DNA of 64,000 nucleotides from positions 64,001 through 128,000 of the forward strand of contig JBBTCT010000002.1 in NCBI GenBank assembly GCA_038060895.1, read 5' to 3'. Below are positions 57,395 through 64,000 of this stretch, piece after piece (positions within the stretch are counted from its first letter, which is position 1; each line of letters starts with the position of its first letter). The notes under the pieces were generated by a model. The model saw only the letters and a list, made by a program, of their open reading frames with translations, ran no database searches and was not told the origin of the DNA. This DNA comes from Planctomycetota bacterium (GTDB lineage Bacteria > Planctomycetota > MHYJ01 > WSZJ01). Position numbers and translations under genes: made by a program.

Positions 57395-58588
57395 TCACCT
57401 CTGCCCGGGAATCACCTGAAACCTCACCGTCTTCCCCTGGTCGCCCTTCCCCATCGCTCGGCCGTAAGCATGCTCGAGCGCCTCCCGTTCCTTCTCGGGC
57501 GACGCCTCGGAGAGGGCCCACGCGCGGCCCGCCGTCGTCAGCTTCTGGCGGTGCTCGCCGTCCGTGACGATCTTGCGGATCGCGTCGGCGAGCGCCACGT
57601 CGTCGCGCTGCGGGACCACGATTCCCGTCTGGTTGTTGCGCACGATGCCGCGCAGCCCCGGCACGTCGCTGACCACCACCGGCGTCTCGCAGGCCATCGC
57701 TTCCACCACCGACGCCGGCCCGGCTGTGCGCCAGGCGGGGAGGGCGAGGACGTCCATGGCGTTCATGACTCGGGCGAGTTCGCCGGCGGTTTTCCAGGGA
57801 ATTAGCCCGACGGCCTTCGACGTCGAGGGGTGCGCCTTCTGCCAGCCGGCGACGAGATGCGCGTCGTCGCGTTTGAGGGCTCCGGCCAGCAGGAGCTTCC
57901 ACGATTTGTCTTCTTCGAGCAGGCGGCCGAGCGTCTTGAGCAGCGTCACCAGTCCCTTGCGCTTCTTTGCTTCTCCCGCAAACCCGATCACCTTCGAGCC
58001 CGCGAGGCCGAGCTTTGCTTTCACTTCGGCCGCATCCTGCAGGCGCCGGAAGATCCCCGCGTCCACGGAGGGCGGCTGGAGGTAAACGGCGCGGTCGCCC
58101 GCGAGCGTGTGGACTTTCTTGCCGATCTCGACGGAGGGCGCGGTGACGGCTTCTGCCTTCTCCAGCGCCCAGAGGACGATCGACGTCCGGGCGGGATCGG
58201 TGATCGAGCTGTCGAGGTCGGCGCCGCGGGTCGAGACGACCGCGGGGATGCCGCACCAGCGTGCGGCGTGGACGGCGGCCCAGGAGCTCCACGAAGCGGA
58301 CAAGGCGTGGAAGATGTCGAGCCCCTGTTTTTTCCTCGTCGCGACGGCGAGGTCGTTCCACTCGAGGAGCGTTTCGCCCTGGCTCTTGTGGACACCGAAG
58401 CGCGTGACGGTCACGCGGTCGCGCGTCTCGTGCGCGGCGTCGCCCGCCGGCAGCTTGGGCGACGGCGTCATCACGAAGACCTCGTGCCCCGCGCGCCCGA
58501 GCATCGAAGCGAGGCGCTCGGACGAAACGGCGAGGCCGCCCGCGTCCGGGGCGTACTTTTCGGTCAGGATGCCGATGCGGAGACCCAT
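57395..58588 (-). CDS. Glycosyltransferase family 4
   Basis: GGLAVS, KRKG, VVEAMACETPVVVSDVPG. Confidence 0.9.
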   Translation of the reverse strand: MGLRIGILTEKYAPDAGGLAVSSERLASMLGRAGHEVFVMTPSPKLPAGDAAHETRDRVTVTRFGVHKSQGETLLEWNDLAVATRKKQGLDIFHALSASWSSWAAVHAARWCGIPAVVSTRGADLDSSITDPARTSIVLWALEKAEAVTAPSVEIGKKVHTLAGDRAVYLQPPSVDAGIFRRLQDAAEVKAKLGLAGSKVIGFAGEAKKRKGLVTLLKTLGRLLEEDKSWKLLLAGALKRDDAHLVAGWQKAHPSTSKAVGLIPWKTAGELARVMNAMDVLALPAWRTAGPASVVEAMACETPVVVSDVPGLRGIVRNNQTGIVVPQRDDVALADAIRKIVTDGEHRQKLTTAGRAWALSEASPEKEREALEHAYGRAMGKGDQGKTVRFQVIPGQR

Positions 58589-58634
58589 GAGGAGCGAGAG
58601 GTTAGCGTTCAGCGGGGGTTGTGTCCATTCGGAC

Positions 58635-58877
58635 GGGGGTTTGGAGTTGCGAGTTCCGGAAGTTGAGATCCGGGTTCCGAGTTCCGGGTGGGGTTCGGGG
58701 TTGCGAGTTTCGCGTTGTTCCGTGAGTCCCGGGTCCGGGGTTCAGTTGCGGGTTGAGCGAACCAACTCTCAACCGGCGACTCCATCAACATCTCGCAACT
58801 CGAAACTCAAAACCCCACTCGGAACACGGAACCCGGAACCCGGATCTCAACTTCCGGAACTCCAAACCCGCAACCCC
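58635..58877. repeat. Palindromic element with heptamer-periodic arms (GTTCCGG/GTTGCGA family)
   Basis: GAGTTCCGGAAGTTGAGATCCGGGTTCCG and its reverse complement; related to 51271-51484 and 621-651. Confidence 0.88.
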
Positions 58878-58917
58878 AGTCCTTCCCATTCCGGAGGCCC
58901 CTCGCTACCCTCGCCCC

Positions 58918-59376
58918 ATGGCCGCGAAATCCCCGCCTCCGATGAAAGAAGTCCGCGGCCCGGTCGGCTTCTCGACCGAAATCTGGATCACCGCGCCGCT
59001 TCCCAAGGTCTGGCAGCTCGCGACCAAAGGCGCCTGGCTCGACCAGTACTTCACGACCGCCACCTCCGGCAACCTCGACGCCCCCGGCCGCGTGCGGCTC
59101 TCGTGGGGGGACATCAGCGAGGACGTGGAAGTGCTGTCCGCGGCGTGGGAAAAGAAGACCGTCTTCCGCTGGATCGCCTACCGCCAGAAATACGCGACGC
59201 GCGTGACGTTCGGGTTGAAGGCCAAGGGCAACATGACGCTCTTCAGCATCGCGGAGTCGGGCTGGAAGCGCGACCCGTCGGGCGTGGACAGTTCTCTCCA
59301 TCACGCCATCGGCTGGACGCATTTTCTCGCGCAACTGAAGGCGTTCGCGCAGTTCGGGGTGCAGCTGAGGGGGTGA
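58918..59376 (+). CDS. SRPBCC/AHSA1-like protein
   Basis: I.APL.KVW.L; GW.HFL.QLK. Confidence 0.8.
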   Translation: MAAKSPPPMKEVRGPVGFSTEIWITAPLPKVWQLATKGAWLDQYFTTATSGNLDAPGRVRLSWGDISEDVEVLSAAWEKKTVFRWIAYRQKYATRVTFGLKAKGNMTLFSIAESGWKRDPSGVDSSLHHAIGWTHFLAQLKAFAQFGVQLRG

Positions 59377-59431
59377 ACGCTCATGCCCCGAATGCGATAG
59401 AATGCGATCGGTTCGACTCAGGAGACCGACC

Positions 59432-59662
59432 ATGACGGTGCGAGGCACCATCATCAATGGAGTCGCCGTCCCCCAGAACGGGCAGCCGCTTCCCGAAGGC
59501 TCGGCTGTCGAAATCACCGTGCTTCCGGAGGGATCAGGCAGTTCCGATTCGGCGGACCTTGCCGTGCTTCTGCGGAATTGGGCGGGACAGGCCCTCGGAT
59601 TGCCCGCGGACCTCGCGGAAAATCATGATCATTATCTCTACGGGCTTCCGAAGTCCGAATGA
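59432..59662 (+). CDS. Putative antitoxin
   Basis: G.I.NG..VP..LPEG..V and DLAENHDHYLYG; coupled to PIN gene. Confidence 0.75.
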   Translation: MTVRGTIINGVAVPQNGQPLPEGSAVEITVLPEGSGSSDSADLAVLLRNWAGQALGLPADLAENHDHYLYGLPKSE

Positions 59663-60066
59663 TCGAGGTTTTCGCGGATTCCTATTTCTACCTCGCGCTG
59701 GCGAATCCCGAGGACACGGCGCATGCCCGGGCCTTGGCGGCGCTCAAAGACGTCCAGGGAACGCACGTAACTCATTCCTGGGTGCTCAGCGAAGTCGCGG
59801 GTGGACTTTCTTCGCCTGCGAACAGGCCGAAGTTTCTTCAGCTTCTCGCATTTCTCAAGTCAAACAGCCGCGTCGTTCTGTTGCCGCCGACCCAGCAGTT
59901 GTTTGACGCAGGGGTTGAGCTCTTTTCGAGGCGTCCCGACAAGGACTGGTCGCTCGTGGACTGCATTTCATTTCATGTCATGACCTTGCGAGGCATTCGA
60001 ATGGCCCTGACGGGAGACAAAGATTTTGAACAGGCCGGGTTTCAAGCTGTCCTCCGGAAATCCTGA
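59659..60066 (+). CDS. vapC: PIN domain VapC toxin
   Basis: FADS, SLVDCISF, TGDKDFEQAGF. Confidence 0.9.
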   Translation: MIEVFADSYFYLALANPEDTAHARALAALKDVQGTHVTHSWVLSEVAGGLSSPANRPKFLQLLAFLKSNSRVVLLPPTQQLFDAGVELFSRRPDKDWSLVDCISFHVMTLRGIRMALTGDKDFEQAGFQAVLRKS

Positions 60067-60071
60067 ATTCC

Positions 60072-60944
60072 ATGAAGGCTACTCCGCTCAACGCCTTCAC
60101 CATCGACCTCGAGGGCTGGTACCAGTCTCTCCGGCCCGACCCCGACCCGGTGCCGCTGGCGAAGCAGAAGGACGGGATTCGCGAGGGGATCGACCGGCTT
60201 CTTGCGCTCTGCGGGCGCCGCCGCGTGAAGGCGACCTGGTTCACGCTCGGGGCCGTGGCGGAGCTGATGCCCGCCGAGCTGCGCGCGATCGCGGACGCCG
60301 GGCACGAGATCGCTTCGCACGGCTACGGCCATGACGACGTTGATGCGCTGGGACCGGAGGGATTTGCCGCGGACCTGGCAAAGTCGGAGGAGATCCTGGA
60401 AGCGGCGTCCGGGCAGAAACCGCGCGGGTACCGTTCGCCGAAGTGGTCCGCCGGCCGCGCGGGGACCTGGTATTTTGACGCACTGCGTCAACGAGGCTAC
60501 GCCTACGATTCCTCGCTCAACCCGGTGCCGATGCTCGGCGCCCGCGGCATGCGCCACGACGTCCACCGGGTGCGCGGCGTAGCGGAGCTTCCGCCCACCG
60601 CCGTGCGCACACTCGTCGGCTGGCTTCCCTGCGGCGGCTCGCTCGGCCTCCGCAATTTGACGCACCGCGTCATTGCGAAGCGCGTCGCGGGACTGAACGC
60701 GACCGGAGAGCCCGCGATGTTCTGGGTGCACCCGTGGGAACTCGCGCAGCGCCGCCTCGCCGGCCGCATGCCGTTCGCCACGCGGCTCGTCTGCAATGTC
60801 GCTCGCGTGGACCTCGAAGCGCGCCTCGAGCGGCTCTTCGGCGAGTTTCCGTTCGGCACGGCGCTCGCCGCCCTCGCCGCGCGCGAGGCCCGCGGGCCGC
60901 TTCCCGAAATCGAAAACCCCGCCTTCCGCGAGGCCGCCCGATGA
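60072..60944 (+). CDS. Polysaccharide deacetylase (DUF3473-type)
   Basis: TIDLEGW, HEIASHGYGH, GYRSP, YDSS, HPWE. Confidence 0.88.
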   Translation: MKATPLNAFTIDLEGWYQSLRPDPDPVPLAKQKDGIREGIDRLLALCGRRRVKATWFTLGAVAELMPAELRAIADAGHEIASHGYGHDDVDALGPEGFAADLAKSEEILEAASGQKPRGYRSPKWSAGRAGTWYFDALRQRGYAYDSSLNPVPMLGARGMRHDVHRVRGVAELPPTAVRTLVGWLPCGGSLGLRNLTHRVIAKRVAGLNATGEPAMFWVHPWELAQRRLAGRMPFATRLVCNVARVDLEARLERLFGEFPFGTALAALAAREARGPLPEIENPAFREAAR

Positions 60945-61765
60945 GCCGCTGGGTCGCCATGTTTCCCGGGGTGAGCGGCGTGCGCGCCACCGCTCCGGAG
61001 GTTGCCGCCGCGCTGGCCGCTGCCGGCCCGCTCTCCGAGAACGGCCGACTCCAGGTCGAGACGTACGGCGCTTCCGTCGCCGGCTACCGCGCCCTCGGCG
61101 CCGAGCCCGCCGCGATCGCCGAGCACTCGATGGGCATCTACGCCGCGATGACCTGCTGCGGTTCGTGGAGCTTCGAGGACGGCGCCCGCGTCTGCGGCGA
61201 GGCCGCGCGCCTCATCGACGCTTCGCCCCCCGGCTCCGTCGCCGTCAGCGTCGGCATCAGCCGCTTCAAGGTCGAGGAACTCGCCGGCGCCGCGGGCGCG
61301 TTCGTCGCCAACGACAACTCCGAGCTTCAGCAGGCTGTCGGCGGCCTTCCCGATGCCGTGGATCGATTCGAGGCCGCCGCGCGCGCCGCCGGCGCCTACG
61401 ACGTCGTGCGCGTCCCGCTGCGCGGTGCTGTCCATACGCCCATGCTCGAGAACGCCGCGAGAAAACTGTTCGAATTCCTCTTCGACATCGAAATCAAGCC
61501 CCCCGTGATCCCCTTCCTCAACCACGTCGACGTCGAGTGGTGGACCTGCCAGGAAATGTTGCGCCAGCACGTCGCGGGAGCGCTCGAGCGTCGCGTGCGC
61601 TGGCGCGAATCCGCCGAGCGGCTCATCAACGAAGGCTACGACGCGTTCGTGGACGTCGGGCCGGGGGACGTGCTGGCGAAGCTCATGAAGTGGATCAAGC
61701 GCGACGCGAGGATTGGAAGCGTTGCGGCGGATTTCGAAGGCGCAACCAGGCTCATCGGAAGCTGA
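60941..61765 (+). CDS. FabD-like acyltransferase (divergent)
   Basis: MFPG, EHSMG, ANDNS..Q, GAVHT, VRW, VGPGDVL. Confidence 0.8.
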   Translation: MSRWVAMFPGVSGVRATAPEVAAALAAAGPLSENGRLQVETYGASVAGYRALGAEPAAIAEHSMGIYAAMTCCGSWSFEDGARVCGEAARLIDASPPGSVAVSVGISRFKVEELAGAAGAFVANDNSELQQAVGGLPDAVDRFEAAARAAGAYDVVRVPLRGAVHTPMLENAARKLFEFLFDIEIKPPVIPFLNHVDVEWWTCQEMLRQHVAGALERRVRWRESAERLINEGYDAFVDVGPGDVLAKLMKWIKRDARIGSVAADFEGATRLIGS

Positions 61766-61767
61766 AC

Positions 61768-62628
61768 ATGCGCCTCGGGCCCCCAGGAGATTACCTGCTG
61801 CCGCTCCCCGACGGCGTCGAGCACGTGCCGGACGTCCCGATCGGGCGCGGCGGCACGCAGACCCTGCACGCCGAAATCGTCCGCCTGCGTGTCCGGCCGG
61901 CGGCCCCTTCGCCGGTGGTGATCTGGCTGCACGGCGGCGGCTGGGCGGAGGGGAATCGCCGGCGCATGTTCGAACGCGTGTTCCATCTCGCCGCTGCCGG
62001 CTACGTCTGCGTCGCCGCCGAATATCGGCTGTCGGGAGTCGCGCCCTTCCCGGCCCAGCTGCTGGACGTCCAGTGCGTTATCCGCTGGATTCGCGCGCAC
62101 GCGACGGAGCTGGGCGTTGACCCCCTGCGCGTCGGACTCTGGGGAGCTTCGGCAGGAGCCCACCTGGCCGCGCTCTCCGCGCTCAGGCCCGACAGGGGCT
62201 ACGACGGCGACGAGTACGAAGAGCCTCACACGTACGTGCAGGCCGTGGTCGACTTCTTCGGCCCGACCGACCTGCTCACGGCGGGTGAATTCGAGGGCGG
62301 CGTCGTTTCGCGGTTCGAGCACCGGAGCGCGAATTCGTTCGAAGGGAGATTGCTCGGCGGCGACTTGAAGGAGTACTTTCCCGCGGCCCACAAGGCCAGC
62401 CCCCTCAACTGGGTCGGACCCGGCGCGCCGCCCTTTCTCATCATGCACGGCGCCAAGGACGACGTCGTTCCCGTCTCACAGAGCCGGAGACTGCACGAGA
62501 AACTGCTCGCCGCGGGTGTGGACAGCACGCTCGTCGTCATCCCCGAAGGCACCCATGGGACGGCGGAATGGGAACCGGTGTCGCTCTCGGCGCCGAAAGC
62601 GTTCTTCGACCGCGTTCTAAAGGGCTGA
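61768..62628 (+). CDS. Alpha/beta hydrolase (HSL/BD-FAE-like esterase)
   Basis: HGGGW, GASAG, HGAKDDVVP, GTHG. Confidence 0.9.
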   Translation: MRLGPPGDYLLPLPDGVEHVPDVPIGRGGTQTLHAEIVRLRVRPAAPSPVVIWLHGGGWAEGNRRRMFERVFHLAAAGYVCVAAEYRLSGVAPFPAQLLDVQCVIRWIRAHATELGVDPLRVGLWGASAGAHLAALSALRPDRGYDGDEYEEPHTYVQAVVDFFGPTDLLTAGEFEGGVVSRFEHRSANSFEGRLLGGDLKEYFPAAHKASPLNWVGPGAPPFLIMHGAKDDVVPVSQSRRLHEKLLAAGVDSTLVVIPEGTHGTAEWEPVSLSAPKAFFDRVLKG

Positions 62629-62647
62629 GCGAGGGCCGCTCCGCGGC

Positions 62648-63718
62648 TTATTCCTTCTTCGCTCGCCACACCACGTGGCAACCGTCCTCCGTCTCCACGA
62701 CCACCCCCATCCCCACCTTCAGCCCCTTCGCCGCCGCCGCCACCTTCTGGCCGATCTTCTCCAGCCGCGCGGCGTCCGCCGCCCCGCCCACCGCCTCGTC
62801 CGCCTCGTCGTCCCCCACCGCCGCCGCTTCCGCCATCGTCGCTTCACCCTTCTTCACCTGCAGCAGCAACTTGTCGGCCATCGACTTCACCTCGAGCTTC
62901 GTGCGCGCCGGGCCGGAAGCGGGCTTGATCGCGAAGAAGACATGGAAGAACTCCGGTTTTGCGGCAGCCGCTGCGGGGGCGAGCGCGTGGTCGGGCCTTT
63001 TCGGCAGGATCTTCTCGCTTCCCTTCGAAGCGCTGTTGAGGCAGTGATCGAACGCATCGTTCGCGTAGACCGCGTCAGGGAGCTCGTGGTCGAGGTCGGT
63101 CATGACCCAGGTCGCGAACCCGTCGCCGCACTTTGCGATCGCCTTGCGCCATTGCGGAAGCGCCGCGTAGTTCCCGTCGCGCGTCCCGATGATGAAGACT
63201 CCGCGCCCGCCCTTGCAGGCGTCGCCGCGTTCGCCGGGGGCTTCCGTCGCGGCACAAGTGACGAGTCCGGCAAAGCGCGCCCGCGAGTTGCCATACGAGC
63301 GGCACGCCGCGGCGCCGCCCATCGAGAACCCGAACGCCAGCACGCGCGTCTTGTCGACCGGGTAACTCGCCAGAACGTAATCGAGAAGCGCCGGGACCTT
63401 CGGCACATCCGCTTCAAGGTTCCAGACCCGCATCCCGTCTTCCGTCCCCGTGCCCTGAAGCGCGCACCAGATGTTGTCGCGATGCGCCGCCAGCGGCGCG
63501 CCGAAGCGCAGGATGTCGTCGGGCTCGGTGTAGTTCCCGTGGAACGCCATCACGAGCCCCTTGGCCTTCGCGCCGCCCGCGGGCACGAGGACCTTCGCGA
63601 CCGTCCCCGATTCGAGCGTCACGACGTCCCACTCGCCCTGTTTCACCACCGACTTGGCTTTCGGCGTCTGCGCGAACGCCGGGAGCGACAGAAGCGCAAC
63701 GACGGCGAGTATTCTCAT
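62648..63718 (-). CDS. Secreted alpha/beta hydrolase with C-terminal parvulin-like domain
   Basis: Signal peptide, FHG, GFSMG, GTRD, DH; C-terminal FHVFF..VETEDGCHVV. Confidence 0.7.
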   Translation of the reverse strand: MRILAVVALLSLPAFAQTPKAKSVVKQGEWDVVTLESGTVAKVLVPAGGAKAKGLVMAFHGNYTEPDDILRFGAPLAAHRDNIWCALQGTGTEDGMRVWNLEADVPKVPALLDYVLASYPVDKTRVLAFGFSMGGAAACRSYGNSRARFAGLVTCAATEAPGERGDACKGGRGVFIIGTRDGNYAALPQWRKAIAKCGDGFATWVMTDLDHELPDAVYANDAFDHCLNSASKGSEKILPKRPDHALAPAAAAAKPEFFHVFFAIKPASGPARTKLEVKSMADKLLLQVKKGEATMAEAAAVGDDEADEAVGGAADAARLEKIGQKVAAAAKGLKVGMGVVVETEDGCHVVWRAKKE

Positions 63719-63787
63719 GGCGCGTATCCTCTCACGATCGTTTCCCCCCGTCCCCGAACGGTGATCATGCCCTCCGCATTCCCCCAA

Positions 63788-64000
63788 GTGAAAATCGTCG
63801 AAGGCCTCGAAGGAGCAGCCGGCGCTTTCGGCCACGTCGTCATCATCGACGTCCTGCGCGCGTTCACCACGGCGGCCTACGCCTTCGCAGCCGGCGCCGA
63901 GACGATCGAGCTCGTCGCGACGCCCGAGGAAGCGCTCGCGCGCCCGGGCTGGCGGATGGGCGAAGTCGGCGGCCGGCTCATCCCGGGGTTCGACCACAAC
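63788..64000 (+). CDS. 2-phosphosulfolactate phosphatase (ComB family), partial
   Basis: Manual translation VVIIDVLRAFTTA..GEVGG..IPGFD; runs off the window end. Confidence 0.8.
   Translation, partial: MKIVEGLEGAAGAFGHVVIIDVLRAFTTAAYAFAAGAETIELVATPEEALARPGWRMGEVGGRLIPGFDHN

Noticed and set aside
51271-58877. Periodic repeats as CRISPR arrays
   Set aside because: No constant direct repeats with unique spacers and no cas genes; they are inverted short-period arrays

Overview
A 64-kb GC-rich bacterial chromosomal segment. Gene content suggests a Planctomycetota-like organism (inference). It holds about 58 CDS and two tRNAs (Gln-CTG, Glu-CTC). Main blocks: a TetR-controlled B12-radical-SAM/membrane operon, gapN, an orphan heavy-metal two-component system, two parallel VWA/BatA/DUF58/ABC-transporter clusters with no MoxR ATPase in the window, AddAB, two toxin-antitoxin pairs, a GT4 + ATP-grasp unit and a deacetylase/FabD-like/esterase operon. 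Most notable: (1) a coiled-coil membrane protein at the head of the second cluster is interrupted by a single in-frame TGA after CPGGS, followed by a SECIS-like hairpin, so it is a candidate new selenoprotein or readthrough product; (2) a four-helix-bundle (IVS/Avd-like) gene is enclosed by 23-bp perfect inverted repeats made of heptamers, and several 'empty' periodic palindromes of similar architecture sit in other intergenic gaps; (3) related 38-bp-arm hairpins abut both tRNAs; (4) one gene has a clearly coding N-terminus but no ATG/GTG/TTG start. No CRISPR, rRNA, integrase or transposase was seen. All protein calls come from motif recognition by eye, not database searches.
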